Part shown: positions 26,301 through 40,000 of the stretch, in pieces | Layout: each line of letters begins with the position of its first letter | How positions within the stretch are numbered: position 1 is the first letter of the stretch | Source: Thalia democratica | Taxonomy: Eukaryota | Direction of reading: 5' to 3' | DNA length: 64,000 bases | NCBI GenBank assembly: GCA_965202585.1 | Contig: OZ241826.1 | Span: 44,268,001-44,332,000, forward strand | The notes under the pieces: generated by a model | Told to the model about the DNA's origin: nothing | The model's input: only the letters and a program-made list of their open reading frames with translations | Database searches by the model: none | Program-made: the position numbers and the translations under genes

Positions 26301-28719
26301 TGCTTCGTACGTGTGGATGAATTTCAACCACCGATGTGAAAAGCGCACAGCCCGAAGCTCACGCGATACGATCAGTACGATGGCTGCAGCTTGTAACTCA
26401 CATCAATGTCACATTGCACGGTCGCACTTGCGTATTCATGCATTCGACGTCGATATATGTGTGTGGATGTAATTCGGTTTTTTTCCCGGCATCCAGCTGC
26501 GGTCGATGATGATATGGGGAAACCGAAATTTTGTCGGATTCTGAACGCAGGCTTCGTGCCGCGCAAATTAGATTAAAGTCGCGCGTCTGAAAGTGTGTCA
26601 AGCCGATGTTAAAACGGCTTGTATTTTTTAAAGCGGTTCAGAATTAAATTGCAAAGTTGAACACTTATGAAATACTTTTGAAGTATATTAAAGAATTGTA
26701 AGTATAAAAAAATAGTAATTAGTGTCAATATTATTAAAAAAATAACAACAAGTAAATATTTTTAATTATAACTTTAAAACGATAAAATCTATTCAAATAT
26801 CAATTCTTCGTAACATTTTGCTAACCAAGTCTTTTTAATAGTTAAATTTCAAACTTTAATTGATCAGCAAAAATTTATAAATAAATTTTAATTTTTAAAG
26901 ATTATTGATATTGTTTCTGCAATCGCTTTACATAGATCAAAACGTGCGTAAAGAATACGATAAAACTATGCAAAGAACTCAAACAAGTATAAGTAAGCTA
27001 ACAAAAATGTCACTGTAAATTTTTATTAAAGGTATAGATCATAAAATGTAAGTTAGAACATTTTTAATTTGTAGCATAGACATTAGTTTTAAAGAAAAAA
27101 AAGCTTAACAAAATGTACAAAGGTATGCTTAATAAAAATATGTTTAAGTTTTAATTAGAATAAAGAAGTAAAAAAAGTATAATGAAACTTATTTACTTAA
27201 ATATTATAGATAAAAACTTAAAAATTTTTTTTGGCATGAAGCAGTTATAAAAAGCTGAATATAATTCTAGCAGGATGTTAAGTGTTCCAGCATATAGGTG
27301 AGGCTCATGTGATTACTTTAAATTTCTGTCAAGATTCGCGATACAGGCTAATTAAAGTTCCTACAACTTGAACTTTAAAACTTTCAAGTATTACCTCAGA
27401 AATTCGTTTTTCTTTAATTGCTACCGCTAAAAGATATACACTAACTTGTATTAGAGTTATTATGAAATAAAGATTTGTTTTATGATAATTAGGAAAACTT
27501 CAAAGCAAACTATTGTAAAGTTTAGGTCTAAGAATTTGGCTCTGTTGTTCTTTTTGCAGTACTTTTTAAATTGAGCTTTTTATTGTTTCAGAACTCTGAT
27601 TTAAAAAGTAAACTATAAAATAACATAAGTTAATATATCAATCTAAAAATATTAATTTTATGAAACTTATTTTAAATTTTCAAGCTTTTTGTATATACCA
27701 TCATACATATGAACAAAACTGTTTTTTATAAACTAAATAATATTGCGATAAAAACTAGTTGAAAAAGTTATAATAAAAGTTTAAAGAGTCTGTAAAATAT
27801 ATTTTATTTGAATAAAAACTTACAAAAAAATCAAAGATAATATTTACAACAACAAATAATTTAACGTACAACTTTATTTTAAATATTAATTTTATATAAA
27901 CTAATAAAGTTGTTTATAAATCACATGACAGCGCCTTTTATAAATCGAATATAAACTTAAGCTCATATGATGTAGCAAAAGTTTCCAAATAGTATGATAG
28001 TTATAAACAAAACACAATAAGTGTTTGTTAAAGTCTGTTGTTATTTTCACAAGTAAAGATTAAAGTACAAAACATCAAATGCTAACTAAGTTCAATTGAT
28101 TTGTTTTTTCCAATATTCAAGTCTATGGCGACTAATTCAAAAACAAAAAGGTGTTTTTAATAAGTCTCGATACACTGTTGTTTCTTCAATGAAAAAATAA
28201 GTAGAACAATTTAATTATTGTTTAACAATCTTACACACGCCAAAGGTGTTGTTGCAGCAATTATAGCCAGCCTCACACATTTGATGCACTTTTTGTTGAG
28301 TTGCAGCGTTTTTTTTCGAGCAGCAAAAACGTGTTGTAATATGAAGTGAAAGAGGAAGTCAATGAAGGCTCACCGCTCATGGAAATAATATGAGTCACAT
28401 TGAAGAACCAGGAAGCAAAATTTGATGAGATTTTTGTGCATTCGAGTTGTAATTCAGCCCGCTTTTACCGCGAAAAACTAGCTTTGCAACGTAAAGTTTT
28501 GCGTTAAACGAAATTTTTGAAACTCTAGAAAATTTATATCTACGTATAAAACATTCACTGACTGAAAAATATAATGGAATAATAATAAAACTGTGTTTAA
28601 AAAGTAAATAAAAAATTAAAAAATATTCAAAAAAAAGATATAAATCTATTTTAGCATCATGAGAGAGTTAACAATAATCATTAAATTCGTATCAAAATAA
28701 ACCTGCTAAACAACCTCAA

Positions 28720-31560
28720 GCAGTTATTTTCTTTCGTTCTCGATCTACAAAATAACTCCTTTAATCTACTCGTACGAGGCAATTAAGCCGGCATCAGAGT
28801 TGAAACGAGTTCAAACCGCGCCATTCAACACACAAAAACTTTCAGCACAAAAACGTTTATTGTTTGAATCCTTTTGTCAAAATTTACGCTAGTGTGTGTG
28901 TGCGCGCAAAGGAAACAGAGAGGCGCTGCGCCCAACCGGTTTCGGATGGGAGATCTCGGCCAAACAAGTTCATCCCCTGCCATCCACACACCGGATCGAC
29001 GAGTTAAGGCAACGCGTCACGCTCCATCGCATGGGAATGTCATGAGCGCTGCAAAGGAAAGGCTCGCGTTACAGGGGGCAGGCCAGTGCAAACGCGCTGT
29101 AACGAAGCGCAGTTGCTTGGCAAACAAGTTTCGAGTGCTGCGCCGAACGCTACAAGGTTAAGCACTACATCAGCATCACAACAACAGTCGCCTCTCTCTC
29201 TCTGTGATGGCGTCACACTGTTGACCACTCTCGTTGTAACTCTATGTGGACAACGCCTCGCCTCTTTTCAAACGAACGCCACACAGAGCCTTTGTGACGT
29301 CATAATAACGTCGAGAGGCTTCTTCTCGGCAAACTTCCACTGCTGGCTGTAAATTAAAATTGTTGACCAATTTCGCAATAAAAAAAGTTCTAAACTTTAA
29401 TTTGTGAAGAAGTAAAAAAAGGCTTTCAGCAGCAGAAACACACCAAAGTATATTTTTTTACGGCGCTATCTCGGTGTGTGGGCACCAGATCTATATTAAT
29501 TTCAGACAATAAACTTGATGGTTGGATTACCATCGAGTTCGCAGCAAACAATTTGCTGATACGTGTTTAAAGCCTGCAGCTAAAAAGATCTTGTGCATTA
29601 CAGCCTAATTTGCATGTGCACAGCTCGTTTTATCGCGAGTGTCATTCGAGGTCGAAGCAATTTGATTTGGCGGGGGATCTTTCGCGCGGCGGGCCGGGTT
29701 TCCGGTGGTCGGCTTCGCTTCAGACTGCAGGTTCGATTCAAACAGTGCTCTGAAGCGTTATTTAAAAAAAATAAAATTGTGAGCGTTGAAATTGCGCGCG
29801 CACGGTTTTGCGGCAATTTGTTGCCGGGTTGCCGGTGCCGAAGTATGCAAAAAATTCCAGCAATCGCTAAAAGTTTTGTTTTAAAAAAAACTTTATATTT
29901 TCGATCAAAAAGTCAGCGAAAAGAATCGGTTTCGAAACGGCAGCAGCTTACGCTTTTTAATGGAAAAATCAAATCAAATGATTACAGCAGGCCGTCATAA
30001 TTCTTCAACGCGCTAAGCTTTAGCACCGCTGGCAACAGCAAATCGTTCGCACTGAAGTGAATGATGATAACCAGGCAGCTAAAGCCACGTATTTGCGCGC
30101 AAGCTGCAGCGAGAACTCGCATGATCTCTAAAGCCGGTTACTGGCCGCCCGCTAAATCACCCTTCGCCGTTCTTTGTGCTGCATGTGAAGAAGGCTTTAA
30201 AAGTTTGAAAGTTTTGTTGATGTCGTTTGCGGTGGTGAAGTTTCTCGCTGCTCGATCAGCTTCGACACGAACAGTTGCGGTGGCTGCGTATCATCAATAA
30301 AACCTTCGCCTTTCACTGCTCTTTTTTGTTTTTGTTTAAATCAAAACTCGAAACGCTTTGTGAACAATTAAACCAGTCCAGTGTACGTAGTTTTCCTGGG
30401 TGCTTATATTGAATTGTCAAACTTTGGGTTGCACTTTAAGTAATTTGTTTTTATAGCAACAAACGACTCTATGTTAAATCTAATTGCATACTTTTACTTT
30501 ATTAAAAATTTGTGGTCACAGACACGTTTGATTTAAATCGCTGATTGATGTTTAAAACTTCACGCCCCAACGACTTTCGAGCAAAACATGTAACGACTGT
30601 TGGTGCAAAAACAACCGAACTTGAACTTTCAAATTATCTCAGCGCATCATACCAATCAACTCCGCGCGAACGAGCTCTCAGAAATTATCCACGGCAGATA
30701 ATCTAATCTCAAAGTGGCTCGGCCCGACTAATCCGCGGCCATCAGACAGCAAATCGCAAGTAAACAGCTTGTTGTGTGCAAGATCGCGCCATGACTCAGC
30801 GATGCCATGACGAGACGAACCGAAAACGCCCGACCGCGGGTTTGAATTCGGATTTGAAGAAAAATAAAGTTGGGAAAAAAAAAACTGAGCACCTGCCGCC
30901 GACGCTATTTTCGGCTCGATCGCTCAAAATAACACAGCAACGGCAATGAAAAGGAAGCACAAGCAGAATTTGATTTGCGCTCTGCAAACCGCAGCGCTTT
31001 AAAACTTCCCACCGTCCGCCGCCCTTCTATCTTCGCCTTCTCCCTTCGACAGGCTCGCTCGTCGAGCAACTCGAAGATGGAAGCGCGCGGCTTGCCCGAT
31101 GGCGAATTTCGATGCGATGCTTCCACACACGGTGTTGAGCTGGACAAAAGAGCTCGCCCTTGCAAAACATACACAAACTCACTGGAGCGCGTCGGTTTCA
31201 GCGCTTGATTTTAATTTTTGTTTTAAATGAGGAAAAAAAAAATTGAACGCCGTTTACACAAAAACAGCACGAAAGTAAAACGGCGTTGTGTTTTATTTTA
31301 TAACTATAATTTTTCTGTACAGCCGTATCACTTTTGCGGTCTGAAAAAAAAGTGGTCATTCTAGAGTTTCGCGCTATGTGTCTATTCTCGGCGGATTTTA
31401 AACGCTGTGTGCTGTTCGATCGCGTCTCCCCGTTCGCTTATACATGTCTGCTCTAGTTGTAGAGCATTAGTCATCGTCGGTTTAACTCTCTCCGCTTCTT
31501 ATTGTGACGTAATAGTCGCAAATAGTTTTCGTTTGGATCTGCCAGCCAAGTTCAATGTTT
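28720..31560. promoter_or_regulatory. About 2.8-kb CpG-rich non-coding island (putative enhancer cluster or lncRNA locus)
   Basis: Visibly higher GC/CpG than the flanks. Only short overlapping ORFs without the GC3 codon bias of real exons. Contains CRE 29295, ARE/AP-1 30792 and TGACGTAA 31505. Confidence 0.5.
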
Positions 31561-34500
31561 GTGCTTGTTGTGTAAGCGTTTAACAGTAAATGATTATTCA
31601 ATTAATTTGATCAGCGTCAATTCTTGCAAGCTAAAATGATAGAAGTTTTTTTTTTCTCACACAAATTTTCATGAACTTCAAGCATGTTGAGCTAAACTCT
31701 AAACAAAATAATACTCGAAAATATGGTTTTAATTTTCATTAAAACTTCAATACTTATCTAACATTTACTAATGTATTAAACAGCGATGATAAAAAAATAC
31801 AAATAATAAAACACTTTTTATTAATGCATAAAAACCAAGCTTAAAAGTACTTTTTCTGCTTTAATGATCCAATAAATGCGTAGATAAAATACATCATTAT
31901 TAAAACTTTCATTAAGATTAAATTTCTACAATAACTTCGAGATTTGTTTAACTAGCAATTTTAATATACTTCAACACACTGCGTTATGAACGATAATCAA
32001 ATTAAAAGTATCGTGTAGTTTTCAATTTTTAATTTTTTTTTTTTTATTTGTTTTTGTAAGCTTTTTATGCTGTTACTAAAAAATTAAACATATTATAAAT
32101 TAACTTTGTTTGTAGTTAAAAGTATTTGTAAACCAGACATTTAAAAATATTTTTTTTAATCATGTATGTTTAGTAGTATAACTTTAAAAAAATATTTCTA
32201 ACGTAATAGTTTACTAATATATAAAAAAATATTCGGGCAAGTAAAATAAAAAATAAAAAACTTAAAAATAATTATTTAAAGGTATAGACTTTGTCTAAGT
32301 AAATAAGTTTTTATTAAATATTTAAAAATTCAATTTAACTTTGCAACAACTTATAAAACTTTTGAAAAAATTCTGCTTAATTTTTCTTTATTTTAATTGA
32401 TAATATTTTTACTACTTTATAGCTTTCAAAATTTCAATTATAACCATCGGTATTTTGCATCAAGTAAAATTTAAAAGTGTTATTTATTTACATTAAAATA
32501 ATCTAGATATGTTTTTGTATTTTTTGTTAGTTTAGAAATTAAAAAGTAGAAAACATTTATTTAAAATATAACAGATATTTCTTTAGTTATAAACAAAATA
32601 CTGAGTCTACTTAATAAAAATTTTGAATAAGTAAAAAAATTTAAACGAAATAACAAACTTAAGCTAAAAACATTTAATATGGATAGTAATTCAATGCAAA
32701 GTTACTTAACACATAGGTTGAGTATAAACGATGTGATTTGTAACGAAGGTATACTTTTGAAAATTTAAGTTATAACGTTTTTTTAATTGTAAAAAACTTG
32801 GCCTTATTTCTTTAAATTAAAAAACTTTTTTAAGAGGATTCAAATAATATAATATTTAAAAAGATATCTTTTAATATTTTAAAAGTTCTTTAACGCAATA
32901 AAAACATCGTGATTAGCTTAAAAATTATATATCAACTTGTTGTTGAATGTAAACGGTAGTTCAAATGTTATGTACATTTTATTAAATGTTACGTTTTTTT
33001 AGTTAGATATAACATTATTTTAGACTAATTATTTTTTGTTTAGTTAAAAATTTTATCTTAGACTAAACAGTAACTATTTAATAAATAAATTAAAACTTGT
33101 TAAACTACAAAAACATTACTAGAATAAATAAAATTTAGATTTTTCAATATAGAGTAGCTATAATTTTTTTGATGTAGCGAAAAGAATACATACTGAGATT
33201 TTTTTTTCGATTTGTTCCATAGAAAAATATTTCTTAAAAGATCTTAAATGTTTTTCAGTTTTGATTTCTTTAAATCCTCATAGAATTTTTTTGTTCTTGA
33301 TATAAGCAAATTAGAATGATTATGATTTAAAAACAAATTTGAAGGTTTATATTTCAAAAAATATGTTAAAAACAAATACGTAAATCTCTTTTCAAAAAAA
33401 TTTATAGTTATAACATTAATAAACATTCTTTATTTTCTTTTTAAGTTTTTTTTTTAACCTACATCTGTTTACATAAACTATCTCTATAAAAATTAACTTA
33501 AAATTAACTATATTTAAAATTTATAAGTAAATATTTTATAAAATTGCAGATCAACAGTAAAGTATTTAATCTAAAAAGTAGTTTATTCAATTTCTTGTTA
33601 CTTAAGCAACAAATCAAAAAAATAGTCAAGCTCAAACTTTTTCACTTTTAGATTATTATATAGATTTTAAAACAGTTTGCTTTTGACAATTACTGTTTAA
33701 GAGTATCATTAAAATACGTATTTATTTTTGAATTTCCTACGATACAAATGTTGTTTTGCTTATATATTTTTTCAATAAAAAAAAAGAAAAAAACTTTAGC
33801 TTTTAAGAGTATTAAGTTGCTCGATATCTTGATTCAGCTCCTAGATTTTTCATTATTTAAACTAAAACAATAAATTTCTTGCATTACTAAACAAAAGACT
33901 TTAAAGTTAATTGATGAATTTCAATTTACGAATGCAAGAATAAGATCCAATTATTAAAGTTCATAAATTTTAATAAACTTAAGAGGATGTTTAACATCTG
34001 TACAATTGTTAACCCAAAATTTAAGCTGTTTTAAAATCCGTGATACGGTAATTTAGACTCTCAATGGCTTAGTTAGCGCGTTTAAATTTTTCATTAAAGA
34101 ATCTCTGCTCTTTAATCCAGTATTTTAAGGATTTATCAAAATATTTGAACTAGTTCAGCTATACTTTCCATTTTAAACTTGTGTTTGAAATTACGATTTT
34201 GATGTATCTTAACATACTTTTTTTTTAATTTAAACCAGTAGAAACTAACAATCTATAGTAAATACTGTAAAAGATAGAACGGTTAAAACTTCTACTTACA
34301 CTGATCAAAAGAAAACAAAGCTTTGGTACAGTGCAGTTAGACAAAAGTGTTTTTGATTTTATCGACAAGTTATCATTTTTTGTTAATAATAATCTAAAAT
34401 GCCGGTACATTTTAGTTAGTTAAATAGTTAAGTTTTACAAGTTTTTGAGAAATCTTTGTATATTTTCATAGTTTAGAAGAATTACCAAGTTATTAAGTGT

Positions 34501-34809
34501 GTGTAATTAATTCTTATTCGGCCTAATTATTCTCCATTAAAGAGTTTTTAAATAATATACAACAATTTTAAATTTACACTATTAAATTTACAGTAATTTT
34601 TTTTAAAAAGAGCACAAAACTTAAAAGTATGTTTTTTAAATCCTTTTTTTTTAACGTAGCTCCAGATTTTAAATAATGCATTTGCAAGTTTTTATGAAAT
34701 TTAACCCCTTTGCTATGATAAAAGTATTAAACTTTTTTATACAGCTTCTATGTAATTTTAACTTTATGAAGTTTTTGTATATTAAAAGTTACTTCCCTCA
34801 TGTAGTAAT

Positions 34810-34885
34810 ACTATTGTTTATTAAACAAGAAAACGAAAACACTCATAAAGTTTGATCTAAGGACCTGGTGTGCAAAAAAAAACGT
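34810..34885 (+). repeat. Dispersed repeat family copy B (truncated)
   Basis: ctcataaagtttgatctaaggacctggtgtgcaaaaaaaaac matches the 5' part of copies A and C. Confidence 0.45.
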
Positions 34886-35127
34886 TCTTTAATTTACTTT
34901 AATTTACTAAGAGTAAAAACCACTAAAGCCTTGAAAAAAGTTATTTTTTCAGCCTAACATGTTTAATTTCTTTATCTTTGAAAACCTTTTAAACCTTTTT
35001 TTTTTTTGCTTTAAAAACATCATCAGTAAAGGCCGAGCGTCCCGACGGTGATGCAAATTCAAGTGTAACGACTGACGTGTTTGTGAAGTTTCGGGCGAGA
35101 GGCACGCTTCACTGTGTATTGCAACAT

Positions 35128-35147
35128 CACACACACACACCACACCC
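35128..35147. repeat. Short imperfect (CA)n microsatellite
   Basis: cacacacacacaccacaccc inside the CpG-rich island 34990-35300. Confidence 0.5.
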
Positions 35148-36429
35148 AAGCACAACTCTGCCGAGCAAATCTACATTCTCAACTTTTCGTGAAAAGTGGA
35201 ATTACAGCATTTCTTTCTCCTCTTGATCAGTGGTAACACACTGCAAACATTCGAGAAACTCGTTTGACCTCTTGCAGTGGTGTCCTTCCGTCGACTGAGC
35301 TTGAGTATAAAGTTTTGAACGATTTCTTCTAATTTTTTTGATTATTTACAATTTTTTAAATTTATTATTTCTTTAAAATTTCCGAGTTGGAAGGTTTATT
35401 TGAAAGGTATTGGGTTGAATGTACAATTGTTTTTATCTGGGGTCTAATTTAAACTACTTTTTAGTTTTTGATTTTATAAACAAAGGCTAGTAATTTGTTT
35501 CAAACTTTATTACTAATATACATAAACAAATAAAAAATAGGTAAAACCTAATGATAAAAGCAATATATTTTGTTTAACATGTAAAAAACATTGTTCGTAT
35601 TTTATCAGCTTAGGGATAAAAAATTTTTTGAAGTTCGCTGTAAAACAGAGAAACTATCTTTAGGTACAACTGATATTTTTGTTTATAAAGCTTTCTACCA
35701 AATAAAAATATTTTTAATAAATATCTATCATAATAGATTAGTGGTAAAACTGAAATTAAAATTTATTTTTCAAGGCCACTATGAGTTTTGACTTAAAATG
35801 ACTCGGGGTAATGTCATATTTAATCATCGTTAGTTTTTACGTTAAAAGTAGTATTTAACAACTTAAAGTTTTCGTTTGATATAAAAATTATCACATTAAA
35901 AAAAAAATTTAATACTTTATAGTTTTAATATTTTATTATGTTATTATCGGAATACTTGTTAAAATTGAAATTAAACTGCACAATTACTTGATTTTTTTAG
36001 AATCAAAAATATCTTGTTTTTGGCTTTATGTCTACCTTGCAAGTTTAAAACCTTATTTTTTATTTTTTTTATTACAAGATTTCACGTTGTCTCAAAACTA
36101 AATTTTTATTTATATTCAGAAAAATACTTTACATATAAATGATATAAAAATAAAATAATTGCATCCTAGTAAAAATAATTATTGTGACAGGTTTACATAC
36201 GTGTGTCATTCAAAATTACCTGCTACATTGAAACTTACATAATTATTTAAAGTTAAATAAAGGATAGTTTTTGTATGAACTTAATTACCGATTTATGTTA
36301 TGAAACCAGAACTATAAATCAGTGAATTGTTAATTAGTTTCAGTGATGTTTTCAGTTAACTTAAAAATTACAGAGAAATTACAATTGTACAGTGCAACAA
36401 TCTTTAAAGTATTTGCCTGAAAAAAAAAA

Positions 36430-37030
36430 TTGCAGGCTTCGATATTCCTGACAACGCAAAACGGAGCGGCAGACTTCATACTTGGTTACCGAGCCAAAAC
36501 AAAAACAACAAAGGACCTAGAAAAAAAGAAATTAAAAGCTCGAGCACGTTTAGAGGCAAAACACGAAAAATACCAGCAAGGGCAGCGGCCAAGCAACGAA
36601 GCGAATCTAAAAAAAATCACCAGCAACTTATTAGTCATCAGCAACTTTTGTTTATTACACAATAAGCGCAAGCTCGTCACCAGACCTGGCTAACTTCAAT
36701 TCATCTCTGTGACGTCACACGAGGCTAGAAAGCCTCGCGAGTCGGTCAGCATCCGCGTGCGGTGAGACGAAGTTGTTTGCCGAGAGCGGCGGAAGGAGCA
36801 AAGGAGAAGTTTCGGAGGCGATGCGCGGTCGAGCGTGTCTAAGGGGAAGCGTTGATCGTCATGGTTGAGCGAGCACGCGCTGATCTTCACTCTTGGCGTT
36901 TTCGCGTCGATTTGTTTTCGTTTCGGGGAAGTCGAAGGCCCGACCCTCGCACAACCTAGAGAAACCGGCTCGTTCTGGATCGACTCTTGGTTGGTGATTG
37001 CACGCTTTTTCCGCGTGATCGCCACACTTA
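36430..37030. promoter_or_regulatory. CpG-rich non-coding island with CRE (36710-36717) and adjacent hairpin (36720-36737)
   Basis: Among the most GC-rich non-coding stretches seen. TGACGTCA is followed by CGAGGCT-AGAA-AGCCTCG. Confidence 0.45.
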
Positions 37031-40000
37031 AGTCCATGATCGTATATTTTTAGCTACACAAGATATTTTTAGCCTTGAATCTTTCTGACAATCGTAGAAA
37101 ATGTGTTCAATGTCATCGTAAAGGTTGTAATAGTCGTATGCTTTTTACAGGATAAAGAATATAACAAGTTTAAAACTATATTGGTTTAATTAATACTTCA
37201 ATAGAATCTAAACACCAAGCCTTAGTATACTTTTTAATGTTTAATTAGAGCTTAAAAAAGTATAAAAAGTCACAACAAGTGAGTTACAGCAACTAAAATC
37301 TATGCATGTTGTTTAAAAAATAATATTATATATATATACATATTATTCATTTTATGTATTTAGATTATTGTTCTTAAAAGTATACAAATAATTTTCACGT
37401 GTTATTAAATGACTATTTGTAAAACTAAAAACTATACTACAGGTTGTAATTCTTTGTAGGTTACTTACTTTGTTTTGCAATACGACTAACAAAAAATGCT
37501 TGTTTGAAAGTTAAAGAAAAAATATTAAACTTTTTTGAACTTTAAATTGTATAGATTTTAAAGTTGCTTGAGAAACTTGTTTAAAATACTATTTGTAAAA
37601 CTTAAAAACAGTATATACAGACAAAGCTAAAAACATGATCACAGTTTTAATTTATTTATCAATACAATATTTATGTTTAGCAAAATCTAACAGTGTTTCA
37701 TTTATGGTACTATCAAACAAATAATTCATTAAAAAAATATTTAGCGAATTGTAAGTTTTTAAATCATTGAAATACAAACTTTGTTTGCATACATAACAAA
37801 AGCAAAGTGTATAACTTTAGCTTTTCGTTTAGTTTCTTATCATTAACGTATAACCACATAACACTTTATTTGTGCAACAATAACTATTTATTAAATTCAA
37901 GTTTGTACGTAAAAAAGTGTTCGTTTATATATTAATATACGCATCGCTAATAATATGTGCATACTCACAATTATGAGACAACTTAATCACTTTACAAATA
38001 CGAAAACTTTAAACTAGAAATATTTACTCAAAATAAATGCAAAACAGCCATTGGTGTACCTAACTTAAATTTTTTAAAACATTAGAAAATAAATATTTAG
38101 AATAATTAACAAAGTATGGTTAAGCGAAGTTAATTCCATGCAAGAATTTCAAATTAAAACAAGTTAGGTAAATGTAAGCTAATCGGTGCATATATATTTA
38201 ATCGAGATCTTGATTTGGTCAAAAATAAACATTATAAATAAAAAAAAAAGGTTTTGTTATGTAATTTTGTATGTTAAATGGCTATTTTGGAAATTTAAAA
38301 AAGAGCTATAAATGTGGGTTAGATATATGAACTTTAGTTGGTTGCACTTGAATTAGATTTGTTTATTTTATTAGTTAATGAGTTAAAATATCAGAAAATA
38401 TCAGACTTGATATGGAATTTTTATTTGAACACAACTTTATAACATTAGTTGTTGAAAACATTTAAACTTTTAAACGTTTAAAACAATTACAATAGAAAGC
38501 TTATAAATACCATTATATATTAACTGTTGGAATTTTTAAAAGAAAATGAACATATATTTCAGAACCTAAATCGACACAAGTAGTTTAGTTTGAAATAAAA
38601 ATTACGGACGCAAAACACAAACGTTCAAAGCATTAAAACATTTACTCAGCAAGCTTAAAAGACGGTCTACAAAAACGAAAAAAAAATTGAAAAAATTGAA
38701 CTTTTTAAACATTGACAAGCTGATTGAGCAAACAAACAAACACTGCTTGTTTGCTGTTGCTCTCCTTGTTCAAATAATTCGAGTCAACATTGTCCGCTTC
38801 TTTTGTGAATTTTCGTGGAAATTTTTTGCGCTTTCCAAATGGACTTTTGAAAAGAAATAATCTATATTTATTTCTTTTATAGGAAACAGTTTCGATTGAT
38901 TGGAATTGTAAATTGACGATAAAACTAATGGAATTTACTTTAGTTTAGCATGAACTAAACTAAATTAAGAACACAGTCGAAACTGAAATATCTAGTTGGA
39001 TGTTGTCTAATACTTTAAACTTAAACTTTAATTACCCTTTCGATTAAATAGTAAGTTGCTTTTGATCTTTAAAACAAAAAAAAAACTTTAAAATTTAACT
39101 TAAATAATATATTTGCTTTCTTGATGTTAAAACTACAACTCTTCTTTAATATATAAGTCAATTTGGTTTAGTTCTTAAAGTATATTCTATAATAACTTTT
39201 AATTATGGAAATTATTAATTTCAATAAGAATGAAGTATCAGATTTAGTAATAAAAAATAAAAACTCTAAAAATTGTTTCCACTAAAATGTACATAGTATA
39301 TAGTGTAAATAAAGTAGAAAAGTAAGTATAACAGCTTCAAGAAATAAAACTTAGTTAAATGTTGGTTTTTCAACACCTAAAACAAAAAATAAGCATTACA
39401 AGTTATAAAAATTTTAGTTAGTTAACTATTTTAGATTAATTTAGTTTAAGTTGCTTTTCTTTAAAAAATAGTTAAAAGTTTTATTTTTTTAGTTAATAGC
39501 AAGAACTATATTTCACTATTTAAAAACGGTATAGATACGGTTTAGTTTAAAAAGTTATTGAAATTTTTTTTAGAAAAAAACTATAGCTATTTTACTTAAT
39601 CAATTTAGTCGTTTAATCTAACTAATACTTAAACTGCTTTAATTATAAATCATTAAGTTTTTACCATTCAAAACTTAAGAAAACATAGTATACTATATCT
39701 TATAGGTTGTACATCGAGCATTTTTTGATTAACTATTTTTCTTGTTAATTAGACTTTAAAGTTAACTTATTTTATTAAAATTTTTTAACTAGGTTCCTTT
39801 ATTACAGACAGGGCCCATTAAAATAACCTTTGTAAGCTGTCTAAACTATAGTGTTTGTAATATTTGTTGTACACAAGTAGTTATAGATGTTTCGTAACGT
39901 AGTTTCAGTCATATTTTGTTTCTTAAATGTAGCTGATACAATATTAACTAAAAGAGAGGTAAAAACTCAAGCAACTGTAGATTCGGAAAAATTTAAAATG

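Noticed and set aside
29669-29745. tRNA-like B-box GGTTCGATTC at 29730-29739
   Set aside because: The T-stem does not pair (GCAGG vs CAAAC) and there is no acceptor stem or proper A-box; not a tRNA.
28874-31208. Numerous 60-135-aa ORFs in the large GC island
   Set aside because: They overlap in all frames, often start at non-ATG codons, lack the GC3 bias of real exons and contain no domain or consistent splice chain.
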